Part shown: positions 25,585-39,416 of the stretch, one piece after another
Layout of the letters: every line of letters starts with the position of its first letter
How positions within the stretch are numbered: position 1 is the first letter of the stretch
NCBI RefSeq assembly: GCF_018350175.1
Contig: NC_058368.1
Location: 215,452,001 to 215,516,000 of the forward strand
Length of the DNA: 64,000 bases
DNA from: Felis catus
Taxonomy: Eukaryota
Direction of reading: 5' to 3'
Translations under genes and position numbers: made by a program
Notes under the pieces: model-generated
Told to the model about the DNA's origin: nothing
Databases searched by the model: none
What the model saw: only the letters and a program-made list of their open reading frames with translations

Positions 25585-25745
25585 CCACTTAAAGAAATAT
25601 TACTTTTCTGTTCAGTTCTGGAGGCTAGAAGTCCAAGATCAAAGTGCTGGCAGGTCTGGTTTCTTCTGAAGCCTTTCTCCTTGGCTTGCTGCCTCTTGTT
25701 GTGTGCCTTACCTCTGTGCCCATGTGTGCCTGGTGTCTCCGTGAT
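25585..25745 (-). mobile_element. MaLR LTR fragment (MLT1-like)
   Basis: CAGTTCTGGAGGCTAGAAGTCCAAGATCAAAGTG..GGCAGG motif typical of antisense MLT1. Confidence 0.75.
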
Positions 25746-25911
25746 TGTGGATAGTTTTTAAGGCTCACCTTACCCTCTTTCTCTTCTGCCCTTCATCTGG
25801 ACAAGCTGATAAGAAAGCCTGAGTGATTGCTCTATTATGTATCAAATAAATCATCTCCCAGTCATCTATCACTTATCAATAAATTATCATATATCCATCA
25901 TGTTTCAATTA

Positions 25912-26122
25912 TTTATTCATTTATTTTAAAGTTTATTTAGACAGAGAGTGCGCACAAGACTGTGCAAGTGGGGGAGGGCAGAGAGGGAGAGAGAGAATCC
26001 CAAGCAGGCTCCATGCTGCTAGCACAGAGCCTGATATGAGGCTCAGTCTCACAAACCATGAGATCATGACCTGAGCTGATATCAAGAGTTGGATACTTAA
26101 CACTGAGCCACCTAGGCACCCC
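25912..26122 (-). mobile_element. Can-SINE
   Basis: Reverse-complement SINE. Confidence 0.92.
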
Positions 26123-26619
26123 ATCTATCAATCATTTATTATCTAAATACCATACTTCATCAGTCTTTCATTTATTACATGTCATCAATCTATCATGGAT
26201 TAGCAATGTATCTTCAAATTATAAGTACATACTAATAATTCTAGCCGTTACACGATCTTAACATTCTTCCTTGCCTTCCCTTGCTTAACATTTCTTACTT
26301 CCTTTCTCTGACAGTTATAAGTGTGTCTTCCGGTTTTATCAATATATTTCTCATTTGCTTACTCAGACAGTAAAACAGAAAATTGTCTCAGAATTGCTCA
26401 CTCATATCACTGAGGTGAAAAAAAAAAATCATGCACTGCATAGGATTCAGCGTTTGTTTGCAGTTCTTTTTATCTTCAAGCGGAGTAGAAATGGTGATAG
26501 TACACTATGTTTTATGGTTACTCAGTTTCCTTTTCAGTAGCTATAATTATATTCAAAATAAATGCAGTGAGTTTTATTTATTTCTGGTTTCTAGAATCTC
26601 TGTTGTATTTTTGAGACAG

Positions 26620-28760
26620 TACTCTTAATATTCTCTTAATTCGAGCAGCTTTGTAGTATGTCTTTAATTCAGGTAGTGTAAATCCTGTTATTTTGTTCCT
26701 CTTTTCCTTTTATTGGATATTCTAGGCACTTTGCATTTCCTATAAACTTTAGATAAATAAAACATTTTTAAATGTTTATTTTTGAGACAGAGAGAGACAG
26801 AGTGCAAGCAGGAAAGGGGTAGAGAGAGAAAGAGACACAGGATCTGAAGCAGGCTCCAGCCTCCGAGCTGTCGGCACAGAGCCTGACGTGGGGCTCGAAC
26901 TCACAAACTGTGAGATCATGACCTGAGCCAAAGTCAGACACTTATCCCACTGAGCCATCCAGGCGCCCCTAAATGAAAGATTTTTAAAAAGGATTCCATA
27001 TAAAGCCATGGAGGTTATACTTACACTTATTTTGGATTTCTAAATAATTTTGGTAAAATTAATATCTTTTGTAAAGTCTTCTAATCCATAAAATTTGAAT
27101 ATTTTTGCATTTACTTAGGTCTTCCTTAATTTCACTTAGCAGTGTTTTGTAGTTTTTACGGTAAGGTACTGGTTTTGCATAACTTTTGTTAGGTATATGC
27201 TTAGGTTTATAGGATGTATAATAAGACAGTAATCTGCTTTTATTCAAGAGTCAAATATGTGAATAACTTTAATATCTGAAAAGTTGTCTGTTCTATAAAC
27301 TGAATAATAAGGAAGGCATAATGACAGTTTTACTAATATTTTAAAAATAAATAGAAATTTGATGTTATTTTTTTTTCCAGTAAAGCTACCAAATTTATAC
27401 ATTAGTTTTAGGTTTTATCTGTTTGTAGTTATCATCGAGCATTATTTGTGGACCATCTTGTCATTTAAAAATAATGACAGCTGTAATTCTTTTCCAGTCT
27501 TAATTTCTTTTGTCCTTGCTTTATTGCATAGGTGACTTTTAAGTACAATATTACAAAAAAAAAAATGTGGAGATAATGAAATTTCTTTTCTATTAAACTC
27601 AGAGGAATATGTGATTTTTCATTCTTAAGTAGAATATTCATTTAATATTGTTTTATCTTTCCAGATTGCAAATTTTTAAAGTTCTGAATTGATTTAGATT
27701 TCTCAGTGATTGTCTGTCTCTCTCTCTCTTTTTTACCAAGTATTTTAATATATTTATTTGGCAAAAGTTCTTTTTCCCCTCCATTATTCTGTTAATATGC
27801 TGGATCACTTTGAATTAATTTTGAATGTTAAACTAATTTGAATTATTGAAATAAATCTCATATAGTCACAATATATTATTGTTTTGTGTATTTCTGAATT
27901 ATGTTGCATCATATTTTCTTTAGAGTTTTTGTGGTTATGTGTTAATAGAACATATTGCCTTTACATTTGTTTTTCTTGTGAGATTTTCATATATGCTTAT
28001 TCTGGATTCATAATATATGGGTTCAATTATTTTTTAATATAGGGAAATAATTGATTTTTCTATTTTTTCTTGTTTATGTTTTCATAAGCGTTCTTCTTTC
28101 CTGAACATTTTGTACATTTCACCTAACAGGTCAACTGTATCACCACAAAGTTGTTTATATTAGCATCTTATTATCATTTGGGACTGAAGGATCTATTATA
28201 TAGTGTAAGTAGTTTGTGGTTTGGTATTCTTTTTGTGATCTGATTTTCAGTGTTTATATAAATTTTATTAACACTTAAATGTCAGTCTTAGGCTTTATTG
28301 ATTTTCTTTTTTGAAAAATGTTTATTATTTCATTTTTACTTAGACCTAATCATGTCTCTCTTATTGTTTTCTTTGCTACAATAAAAGTTTGGATTGTTGT
28401 TTTAGTTTTTCTTTTCACTATTTAATTTAAAGTATTCTTTAAACACTTTTTTAACTGCAGTTTCCCCAAACTTGATGTTTTGTTTTCATTACTTCTCATT
28501 CTAAAGTATAATTGCCATTGCAATTTTTTTATACATTTTATGTTACTCAATTTCACACATTTAAATTCAATTTAAATTTCCTAGTTGTATCTTTGGTTTC
28601 TGGTTTAATTCAATTATGTCAAATGAGTATACCATATATGATTTACATTTTCGGGTATTTGGTAAGACTTGTTTTATAGTTCTTTATATAAACTATGTCT
28701 TTTGGTAAATAGTCCATGTGTTCAAAGAAAGGACGTATATTTTGCAAGTATTGGATGCAT
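26620..28760 (-). mobile_element. Old L1M ORF2 fragment
   Basis: Antisense ORF2 relics (NYKTLLSEIKEDLSK; an EN-like segment near 28700-28750); interrupted by a SINE. Confidence 0.75.
26765..26969 (-). mobile_element. Can-SINE
   Basis: Reverse-complement SINE ending CCAGGCGCCCC. Confidence 0.93.
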
Positions 28761-29609
28761 TTTTAGTAAAGGACTTTTCTTAGCAATTACTTTGTTGATT
28801 GTAGATTTCTGCAATGAAAAAGAGCCTTCTTTAACTAGCATTGCACCTTTGATTTCTTCACACTGTAGATAAACAGCTGACATTTCAGGTGATATTCAGA
28901 AGTGAGTCACATATTTGACAGTTGAGTAGATCTGGGTTACTGAATTGTTAGCAAATATTAAAAGTCTCATTCTACACTGCTGCCACAAAAGAAACACTTT
29001 TTTAAAAAAATATTGTCCTTGATTTTTAAATACATGAATCACTTGTTTAAAAAGAAATCTATGTTAATGGATTTACATGGCTATATAAATGATGAGCTAG
29101 TCTGTAAATGGATTCCTAGGAAACTCACTACATGTTGAAGAACATATTCTAATAATTTTTCCCCTTGCTGCATTTCAATCCTTTGGATGTGTTTTCAAGC
29201 CCAGCTTTAACTGCAGATATTTTATTGTAAACAGAAAAGAAATGTGTCTGAGATCATTTGATATGTCTGTTGGGAAGAGAGGTTTCACAGTTATGAACAT
29301 TTTCCCAATGCTTTCAATACATCTCCAGTATATTTCACCCTCCTTATTTTATTCTGAAAATATAAGAATAAAGAGTAAATATACAATACATATGCCATCC
29401 TTATTAGAAAATAAGCATGAGGATTTGACTAGCCTGAGAGCCAACTGGACCTATTAAATAAAGTTCAGCATTCAGCACCTTTATCCTCCCAATGACAGTT
29501 TCAGACAGGATAGGTCTGACTCTGTAGAGAAGAGCCGACAGGTGTTCTCTTTGAGCAAGCTACTCCCAAGTAGAAATAGCACAGATCACAGACAAATTTT
29601 GTTTTATTG

Positions 29610-30290
29610 CTTCTCAATGCAACAAGAATGCTTTATAACAAACCACCTCTAAAGTCAGTAGTTTAAAACAATACCTGTTGTTTACTTTTTTTCTCTTTGT
29701 GTGTAAGTAGATCTTCAGGCTACCAACCTACTGGACTTGACTTAAGGCTGCAGTGAGTTTCTTTTTATTTATCTTTTAATGTTTATTTATTTTTGAGAGA
29801 GAGAGACAGACACGCAGAGAAAGAGGGAGACGTAGAATCCAAGGCAGACTCCAGGCTGAGCTGTCAGCACAGAGCCTGACACAGGGCTTGAACTCATGAA
29901 CAGTGAGATCACGACCTGAGCCGAAGTCGGACATTCAGCTGACTAAGCCACCCAGGAGCCCCAAGGTTGCAGTGAATTTCAAGTCTGCCCCTGGGTTTCC
30001 ACATTCTCTTTGCACCTGCACGTAGCTGAACATGCTTTTCTCTCAACAGATCACTGAAGCACAGAATGGAAACAAACCCCTTAAAGGCTTGGCTCAAAAG
30101 TAGCCTGTTTACAATTCTGATCACATTTTCTTTCCCAAAGCAAGTCATGTGAATATATACAAATCAGTGGGACTGCAAAGTATAGAAATCATATGAGGGA
30201 TTAAAAGCCCACGTGATAAAGAGTAAATACGTAATTCCAAATACAGGTAAGAATGGAAAACTGAGGGTAATAATTCCACGCCCTACACAC
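29610..30290 (-). mobile_element. Old MaLR LTR (MLT1-like), split by a SINE
   Basis: ATAACAAACCACC..AAAGTCAGTAGTTTAAAACAATA and AAAGCAAGTCATGTG motifs. Confidence 0.6.
29761..29962 (-). mobile_element. Can-SINE
   Basis: Degenerate TSD AAGGYTGCAGTGARTTT on both sides. Confidence 0.93.
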
Positions 30291-31363
30291 ACCCAGTTTT
30301 CTAAATTTAGCAATCGAACAAGAAAATTTGCCTCCTCAATAGTAGAGTAAGGAAAAAGTTACTAAGAGGTTCAGTGTTACTAATGTGTCTGCTTTCACAG
30401 AATAAAAATATTTTTAATAGGGAATAAAGGTTTCTCTTTAAAAACTAACACATCATTGTTAGTATACTGAGTAAAGATGCTAATAAAAATCAGCCTAAAA
30501 TTACATTTCATTTCAATAGGGTTTTTCCAGGTAGTCATGAAATATTATTTCATTTTAACTGAAAATGAGAGATAATAATTACTGTAGATGTTGATGATCA
30601 CACACATTGTAATTTTTATAGACCTCATTCCCTGGCAGCCCAAAGAAATTTGGAGGAAATGAAATAAGAATAACTTGGACCCTATTGCTCTACTTGGAAG
30701 TCATTGGATAACAAAGACTGCTCCAAAATCCATGTTAGGACTAAGGCCTTTTATAGAATTTGGACTTTTGACAAGAAAATAAAATTTTAAATTTCATTGT
30801 GTGTGAATTCATTGTCTCATTTTTGGAAACGGCTAGTTTTACTATAGAATGCAGGAGAATTTAAATGGACAAAATAGACGAATGTATGGTGTCAGATTAT
30901 CACCTCACTTCTCAGGGATGATAGCTTTATAAAACTTAAATGAGGATAAAAAAAAAAGGAAAAGATAAATATAGACACAGATTTCTTTAAGTTTGCTTAA
31001 ATGTATCTTTGGAACATATTTTAAAATAACTCCTGGAATGGATAATACTTTAAACTTATCTATATAGAAGCAGAACAAAGGACTTACTCCTAATTTAGAA
31101 TCTTTGTTCATTCCTTCACTTTAAAAAATTTCAAAGTTCTTTTGCTTTGGAAAAAAACACATAAAACTGACTTCCTATAGCACCATTCAAAAAAATAAAG
31201 TACTTTTCATAAAGTAAGCAAAAATAGGTGATTGTGATTGATGAAGTTTAAAATTTGCCTATAGTATCAAAGACTTTGGTTTCAATAAGAACTTTTGCTG
31301 AAATTTCTTAGATTCTAAGCTTCTTTTACATTAACATGTTCATATCCATTAAAAATGACAATA

Positions 31364-31397
31364 TTTTTAAATTTTTTAATGTTTTTTTTTAATTTTT

Positions 31398-31433
<36 letters not shown>

Positions 31434-31594
31434 GCAGGGGCGGGAGAGGGGCAGAGAGAGAGGGAGACACAGAACTTGGAAGTGGGTTCTAGGCTCCGCG
31501 CTGTCAGCACAGAGCCCGACGCAGAACTCGAAGTCATGAACTATGAGATCATGACCTGAGTGGAAATTGGAAGCTTAACCGACTGAGGCATCCT
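31364..31594 (-). mobile_element. Can-SINE
   Basis: Reverse-complement SINE with (GA)n. Confidence 0.92.
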
Positions 31595-31949
31595 AAATAA
31601 TAATATTTTAAAGCTAGTAATTTCATCAGCAACAAAACATCTCTTGTTTTACTTTATTAACATTCATTTTCTCATAAAAGATTCAGGACAGCTTATAAGA
31701 CACACAGTCTAACCTTACATAAAATAATTATTATATATATCATATATGTATATATATGCAGATTCTTATACTTTATGTAAGTAATGAATTATTAACACTG
31801 AGTAAACTGTGAAAAATTGATCAGATATTAAAAAAATAAACCTAAAAGCAAAAAAGAAGTTGTAGCTACAATGTCAACAGAGAAAATAATTGAAAAATGC
31901 TTGATTATTCCATAAAAGGAAGGAAAGGAGGAAAAAGAAATTTTACATG

Positions 31950-32280
31950 GCAGTAAAAAAGAAAGTGAATTATTCTTATGCCTAAGACCACGGATGAATC
32001 TCAAGCTGCTATGCAGAGGATCAGAAAAAGGACATAGAAAATCCACATAAATGACGATGTGTGTGTGTGTGGGGGGGGGTATCTGTTTGAGATAAAATTA
32101 ATGTTTCATAGGGAGAAACACCCCCAGAAATTTGGTTGCCTCCAGATGAGAAATTGAGATAAGAGGAACAAGAAAACTTTGTGGCATAAGAGAAATGTTC
32201 TGTACATTGGTAGAAGTACATGGACGAATCATCATTTTTTTTCTGAATGATCAAATTTAAATATAGAAATAAACTTAATA
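31950..32280 (+). mobile_element. Old L1M 3' end fragment
   Basis: GGATGAATCTCAA.., TGGTTGCCT.., GAAATGTTCTGTA motifs of old L1 3'UTRs. Confidence 0.55.
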
Positions 32281-32690
32281 GATGTGTTTTCCATAGTGGT
32301 ATGAGTTAGGATTTCTCAAATATTTTCTGTGAATTCTAGATTTAAAAAATTAGTAATTTTATTGAGTTTCTTTTATCACAGATTACAATGTAGAAAGCAG
32401 GAGATCACAAATGTAGAAATAGACAAGAATGCCCCCCTAGTGTAGATCTAAATTGGAATTTTAGGTATGAGTATAAATTAATGATTATAAGTATAATTTA
32501 CATAGCAATCTTTGTATAGAAAATAGCTTTATATAAATCTATACATGTAGTTTTAAATATTTTTATATATGTATGTATATATGAATATATAATTCATACA
32601 TAAATGTTATATGTATGTATGTGTAAGTATGTTTTATATGTGCATGTATGTTTGTATTTTTTTTTCTAGTTCTGCTTTCTAACAACACCT

Positions 32691-32827
32691 GGGGCACCTG
32701 GGTGGCTCAGTAGGTTGAAGGTCCAACTCTTGATTTCAGCTCAGGGTGTGATCCCAGGGTTGTGGGGCCAAGCCCTGTGTCAGGCTCTGTGCTGAGCATG
32801 GTCTTTCTCCCTTTGCCTCCTCCCCTG

Positions 32828-32870
<43 letters not shown>

Positions 32871-32932
32871 AAAAAAAAAAAAACACATATACACAAATGC
32901 ACATATACACACACACAAATATACATATATTT
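32691..32932 (+). mobile_element. Can-SINE with (CA/TA)-degenerated tail
   Basis: TSD AASAACACCT at 32681-32690 and 32933-32942. Confidence 0.9.
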
Positions 32933-33626
32933 AAGAACACCTAGAAGCAATGACATACCTTTATCAATGAGTATACCTAGCATCTATATCTTGCTTTAAA
33001 GAAATTAATATATTTTTCCTGGGAAATTTTGGATTTACAGTTGCATTGAAACCAGTACAAAGGCTTTCCATAAACCTACTCCTGTTTCTTCCTCCCTCAG
33101 TTTTCGTTATTATTATCTCTCATTAGAATGACAGCTCTGTTGCATTGATGGGCCAATATTGATACTTTATTATCAATGAAATTTCACAATTGCATTGTTT
33201 CTATCTTTGTGTTGTACATTTTTTGAACGTTGACAAACGTATATGGGCATGGATCCTCTCTTAGAGAGTCCTACTCTCTCTCTCTGCTTTGCTGTAGTTA
33301 TTCCTCTCTCCCTCCTCCCACCCGCACTCTGACCTCCTGGGATTCACTGATCTTTTCACTATGTCCCTAGTTTTGCTTTTATGGACAGACACATATTAAA
33401 ATCATGCAGTATGTAACATTTTTTATCTGGGTTTCTTTCACCTAGCAATATCATTTAACATCCTACCATATTTTTTTTTCATGGCTTCAGAGTTCATTTC
33501 TTCTTATTGCTGAATAGTATACCATTGTATGGATTTCCCATAGTTTGGTTATCCATCCACTGAAGAACATCTTGGTTTCTTCCAAGTTTGGCCACCACTA
33601 ATAAAGTTGCTATAAACATTATGTAC

Positions 33627-33630
<4 letters not shown>

Positions 33631-33673
<43 letters not shown>
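33631..33673. repeat. (TG)n microsatellite
   Basis: About 21 TG units. Confidence 0.95.
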
Positions 33674-33676
<3 letters not shown>

Positions 33677-34213
33677 CATAAGTTTGGAGCTCATTTGGGT
33701 AATTGCCTAGGAGTGTGATTTCTGGATAGTATTAAGACTGTATTTAGTGTTGGATTAACTGTCAAACGGTATTCCAAAGTGGCGTTACCATTTGTATTTC
33801 CACAAGCAATACGTGAGAATTCCTGTTGCTTCAAATTCACACCATCATTTAGTGTTGCGTTTTAGATTTTAGCCATCCTAGTTGGTGTATAGTGGTATCT
33901 CGTTGTTTTAATTTGTAGTTTTCTCAGGACACATGATGCTCACAACCCTTTCATATGCTTATTTACGATTTGTATATTTTCTTGGGTGAGATTGCTTTTT
34001 AGTAACATTCTTAATTGTGTGGAATGTTTTCTTATTGTTGTGTTTTAAGAGCTCAATATATTCTGTGTAATAGTCATGTATCAGACAGATACATGTCTTT
34101 TGCAATCTCCCTACATTGTTTGTCTATTCATTCTCTTAATACTGTCTTTCACAGAGAAGTTTTTATTATTAATGAACATTAATTGTTTTTCTTTTAAGAT
34201 GGCGCCTTAGGCA

Positions 34214-34435
34214 TTTTTTTTATTTTTTTTTTCAACGTTTATTTATTTTTGGGACAGAGAGAGACAGAGCATGAACGGGGGAGGGGCAGAGAGAGAGGGA
34301 GACACAGAATCAGAAACAGGCTCCAGGCTCTGAGCCATCAGCCCAGAGCCTGACGTGGGGCTCGAACTCACGGACCGCGAGGTCGTGACCTGGCTGAAGT
34401 TGGACGCTTAACCGACTGCGCCACCCAGGCGCCCC
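34214..34435 (-). mobile_element. Young feline Can-SINE (SINEC_Fc-like)
   Basis: Near-identical to the 7638 and 14991 copies; TSD TAGGCATTTTT on both sides. Confidence 0.96.
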
Positions 34436-36428
34436 TAGGCATTTTTAACTAAATGTCATTGCTAGACTCTAAGAAACAGATATTTCTCCTTTCCTATCTT
34501 TTAGGATTTCTACAGTTTTGTGTTTTACATATAGGTCTCTGATCAATTTTGAGTTAATTTTGTAAGAAGTATAAGGCCTTTTTTGTTTGTTTTTCTTTTT
34601 GCATGTGGATGTCCAGTTTTTACAACACCATTTTTTTTCCCAAAATAGTCTCCTTTCTCCATTGATTACTTTCACTCCTTTTGAAAGATCAGTTGACTGT
34701 ATTTGTATTGGTCTATTCCTGGGCTCTCTAATATGTTTCACTGATCTATTTGATATTTTGCCTACACCACACTATCTTGATTACTGTAGCTTTGTAATAG
34801 GTCTTGAAACCAGGTACTGTCATTCCTATGACTTTGTCCTCCTATTACGTTGTGTGTGCTATTTTGGGTGTTTTGCCTTTCTATTTATATTTTTGAGTCC
34901 ATTTGTTGATATCCACAAAATTAGATAAAATTGAGATTGTGTTGAATTTATATGTCAATTTGGGAAGAACGGATATGTTTACAATATTGAGTCTTCCTGA
35001 CTGTTTATGTGTAGTATCTCTTCATATACTTAGATCTTCTTTGATTTTATTCATCAGATATTTATAGTTTTCTTTATATATAAATCTTGTTATACCTGTA
35101 ATTAAATGATTTTGGTATTAATTGAAATAGTACTGTATTTTAATTTTCATTTTTTGGTTATTTGTTACTGATGTATAAGAAAGCAAATGACTCATGTATT
35201 AAATTTATATCCTGCAATTGTTCCATACTTCCTTACTAGTTACCGGGAGTTGTTTTGTTCACTCTTTGGGACTTTCGCCCTAGACAGTCATATAATATGC
35301 AAACAAATATAGTTTTATTTCTTCCTTCCCGCTTTGTATACTTTTTATGGCCTTCTTTTTTCTTACTGCATTAGTTAGGACTTCTGGCACAACATTGACT
35401 AGGAGTGGTGAGTGTAGATATGCTTGCCTTTTCCTATGTCTTAATTCTAGATACAATTTTCCATGGGAATAGTCTAGGGATCCTTAGAGGAAAGTCTCTT
35501 TCCTAAGCTTATGCTAAGAAAGCCTAAGATGACTTGGAATATCTCCTCATTCTAGAAATGAAGAAAATAGCCCAAGAATAATGGGGACAGAGGAAAAGGA
35601 AGTAAAGAACAGCATGATGAGATTTTCTCTGAGAACATTTGGGGTAGTTTGGACCTCAAAATAAATAATGATAGCAATTGATTATAATTCATTGAATAAA
35701 TAAAAATCCTTAACTATTAGTATTATAAATAAATAAATTAATGGTAAAATTTCCATTTATCAATATAAATGCAATGATAAACTTATATAATCACTAATGC
35801 TTGCTAACATTATGGCAGTATAAAGAATTAAAATATTTGTTTAAAGCATGTCTACAAATTATTAATGACAATGTGAAAAAGAAAAACTTTACATGGGAGA
35901 GATGTAGTGGACATCACCTAATCCAAGTGACCAAAATTAACATTACTAATTTTAGGATAAACGAGTATCATGCGGCTTCTAATATGATGCCCCGAGATGG
36001 ACACATCATGTTTGTACCAATATTACCAAAATGCACAATTAGAGTCCTAAAAAATACTGTATAAGTCCTAATTAAGGGATATTCTGTAAAAATATCTTAC
36101 TTTAGTTCATAGGACAGTCAAGGTAAAAAGATAAAATAAAATAAAGGATACTAAGTAATTTTTTCAGATTAAAGTAGACTAAATAGACCTGACAATGATA
36201 TACGGTGCTTGATGTTTGATTGGATCCTAGCAAGGAAAATTTTTGATAAATTACAGTATTAATATAATTGATAAAATTATTAGTTTAGATAATAGTGTTT
36301 GTATTCAATCTCTTGATTTTAATAATTGTTCTATAGCTAGGTAATAGCATATTTTTGTCTTCAGGATATACTGTATCTAACCTTAGAGGAATGGTGAGTT
36401 TGGATAAAAGATATGTAGTAATTTTACA

Positions 36429-36625
36429 GGACCTTGGGTGATTCATTTGGTTAAGCGTCCGATTCTTGATCTCAGCTCAGGTCATGATCTCATAGTTCAT
36501 GGTCTCCTACATCTGGCTCTGCACTGACAGTGTGAAGCCTGCTTGGGAGTCTGTCTCCCTCTCACTCTGCCCCTCCCCCACTTGCTCCCCATCTCTCTCT
36601 CTCAAAATAAATAAAAATAAACTTT
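36429..36625 (+). mobile_element. Can-SINE
   Basis: Diverged head, CT tract, AATAAA. Confidence 0.88.
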
Positions 36626-36653
36626 TAGAAAAGATCTATGGTAATTTCTTGTA

Positions 36654-37108
36654 TAGGCATACCTCAGAGATATCATGGGTTAAATCCAAACCACTATAAG
36701 AAAGCTAATATGGCAATAAGGTGAGTATCTCAATAAAGCGGGTCAAAGACTTTTTTGGTTTCCAAGTACATATAAAAGTTATGTTTACACTACACTGCAG
36801 TATACTAATTATACAAAAATGATAGGTCTTTAAAAATAGTGTACATAACTAAAAATATATTTTATTGCTAAAAAATGCTAACCGTCATCTGTGCTTTCAG
36901 CAGGTCATAATAAAAAATCACAGATCACCATAACAAATATAATAATAATGAAAATGTTTGAAATCTCATGAGAGTTACCAAAATGTGACACAGAGATACA
37001 AAATGAGCAAATGCTATTGGAAAGTGGCACCAATGGTGTTCTTATATTTATATAGAATGGTACCTGTGAAGCCCAATAAAGCAAAGTACAATAAAACAGG
37101 GATGCCTG
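36654..37108 (-). mobile_element. Non-autonomous Tigger1-derived DNA transposon (TcMar-Tigger)
   Basis: Termini TAGGCATACCTCAGAGATAT... and ...CAATAAAACAGGGATGCCTG are imperfect inverted repeats of the Tigger1 CAGGCATACCTC type; TA at the left flank; no transposase. Confidence 0.85.
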
Positions 37109-38897
37109 TGCTAGTCTTATGATCTACAATATTACATACATATTATTACATATTTAATATTTATACTTTAAGATATGTGTGTATAGACACATACATATGT
37201 ATATGTTAGCTCCTCCCTCTGGAAAGATTGAAAGTACAATAGATCCAGGCATTGTGTTTTATCCTAAAGAAATATATGGAATCTTCTTTACTACTTTCTA
37301 ATAATATTTCAAAAAGGATATATTTTAGTATGTGAAATTCAGAATAAATATAGAATAAATATTTAGAAGAAGCAAAACTACCCAAACATTTGTGCTTCAA
37401 GATTTTGCAAATTCTCAGAGAAAAAAAGCTGTGCCATATAATGAGTTTTCATCAAATAACAGGGAAGTTTCAAAAGACAGTTCTTATAGCGCCTTGAAAT
37501 AGAAGTTAATGGTGACATTTTTGCTATTTTCTAATGGCTATTTTCACATCAGAAGTAGATTGTAGATTAATGGATGGGCTTAATAATTGTTAAAATAATT
37601 TTCTTTTAAAAAAATACTTGTGTTTTGGAAACCTATTACTCAATTGATTGTAAAACTGCGATGTGTTGAGAATTTATTACCTACCATGCACTACACTAAG
37701 GATTAGCATACAATTGGTCATTTGATGTCTTTCAGGAGACTTGCAAGTTTTATAGTTTGCTTTAAATCACACAAGTAAGGATTAGTGCACAGATTCAAAT
37801 TGATACTCCAGCTATGTTATTATAATCCCTGTGCAATACAACTTAGTTCCCTGTAATAAGCATTGCTAAATGAAATCATGATAGTGTATGCAAAATGACT
37901 TAAATATGCATATGTCACTGTAAGTGATTTTCATCAGCATAAATTCATTGAGCATCTATAAAGATGATGGTTTTACTAGCATTAGATATACAAAGAACAA
38001 CTATGTCCAAAGTGGATGTGGCAAGAAATAGAGATACTGGGATATCTGCATAAAACTAAAATTAAAAATAAAAGTTATCTTTTTGCTAAAAACAATCCAA
38101 TTACATAGAGAGTATTTTCACATTGTACCAAGATAGTATTCGTTAAGGATATCAACATACATCACTTAAAGAGACATTCTAAATCTAAATAAACTTGGGA
38201 AATACTGAATTAAGCACAGCTGAATCTCTTACAGGAGTTCTTAGAGCATTTAATATGCAAACTCGTAATTGTATATCACTTAGAAGTTAATGCAATACAC
38301 AGCGTACCTCCAGTTCAAACTGCTAGAGAACCGCAGCTTCCTTCCTCACTTTTATCTCCCTAACAAAATATCTCCAGAGTTAGAGCTCCACAGGGTACAT
38401 GCATTGCAGTTAAAGCAATACTGAGATGATGTGAGAAGCTTCAAGATAGAGGAGGATAAAGTTCAGAAAATCATTAAAATTCAGCTAATTGTCAGGAAAC
38501 AGACATTTCAGTTATTTTGAAAAGAGAGATCAGAGACTGAGTGAGAAAAAAAAAATGTTACTTGATGAGGAGAAAGCTTCCATGCAAGAACTATTATCTG
38601 TGTTGTCGAGATAAATGTCAGTGAACAGTGAAGAAATGAAATGTTGAATATAGATTCATTGTAACAATAAATGAATATGGCATCTTGAAAAGAGTATTCA
38701 TATGGAAAAAACATTGCAATAAAATTTGTATTATATTTGGTAATAAATAGCAAGGAATTGGAGAAAAAAGACAATGATACATAAAAAGGAACAAGGGAAT
38801 AATCTGGAGATCAAGGGCCCCAATTAACACAAGTCAAGGGCTCCCCCTTGGAAATGGTGTGGGATGCTATTTGCTATGAGGCAGAAAGGCGCTAGAT

Positions 38898-38970
38898 CAG
38901 AGGTTCTCACATGTGGCCCCTGTTCAGTCTCATCACCTAAAGACTTATTTGAAATGCAAAGTCTTAAACT
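38898..38970. mobile_element. MER5-like hAT-Charlie fragment
   Basis: CAGAGGTTCTCA..GTGG..CATCACCT..ACTT..TTGAAATGCAAA motif. Confidence 0.5.
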
Positions 38971-38971
38971 C

Positions 38972-39190
38972 TGTTAGTGGGCGTGGACTCTATAGCAAAT
39001 TACCATAGATTGGATGGTTAGACAACAAGTATTTATTTTTCACAGTTCTGGAAGCTAGAATTGGAAGATCAAGGTTCTGGCATGCTTAGATTTTTGGTGA
39101 GGGCCCTTTTCCTGGTTTATAAAGGGGTGCCTTCCTAATTAACTCTAGAGGTGGAGGGGGTGCCTGGCAGTCTGTGTTTTTATAAGCCCT
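38972..39190 (-). mobile_element. MaLR LTR fragment (MLT1-like)
   Basis: ACCATAGATTGGATGG..ACAACAAG.ATTTATTTTTCACAGTTCTGGAAGCTAGAA motif. Confidence 0.75.
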
Positions 39191-39416
39191 CCAAATGTTT
39201 CTGTTTCATCCTTATTTTGAGGACAAATCCATTTCGTGTGAATTTGGAGAAAACAGTGATGTTTTCAGAAAGACGGTGCATGTTCAAAGCATTAACATGA
39301 AAAACTCAGAAAATAAAATTACCCCAGCTTCAGTCCTTTTATGCTTACTGATTATGGTGGATTCTCAAGTGGGCTTGTGATTCTGCTGTGTTCTTAGCAT
39401 TGAAAGGAACACTCGT

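Larger units (their letters stand above)
33000..35440 (-). mobile_element. L1MC-type element (3'UTR plus ORF2 3' half)
   Basis: Antisense L1 3'UTR and ORF2 relics (KINSKLIRDLYVK..). Confidence 0.85.
32380..36420 (+). mobile_element. L1MC4-like 3' region, split by a nested minus-strand L1 (33000-35440) and a SINE
   Basis: ATGAGTATACCTAGCATC..ATCTT resumes at about 35445 (TTCTAGATAC..GGGATCCTTAGAG); later ACCTAATCCAAGTGACCAAAATTAACATTAC motif. Confidence 0.6.
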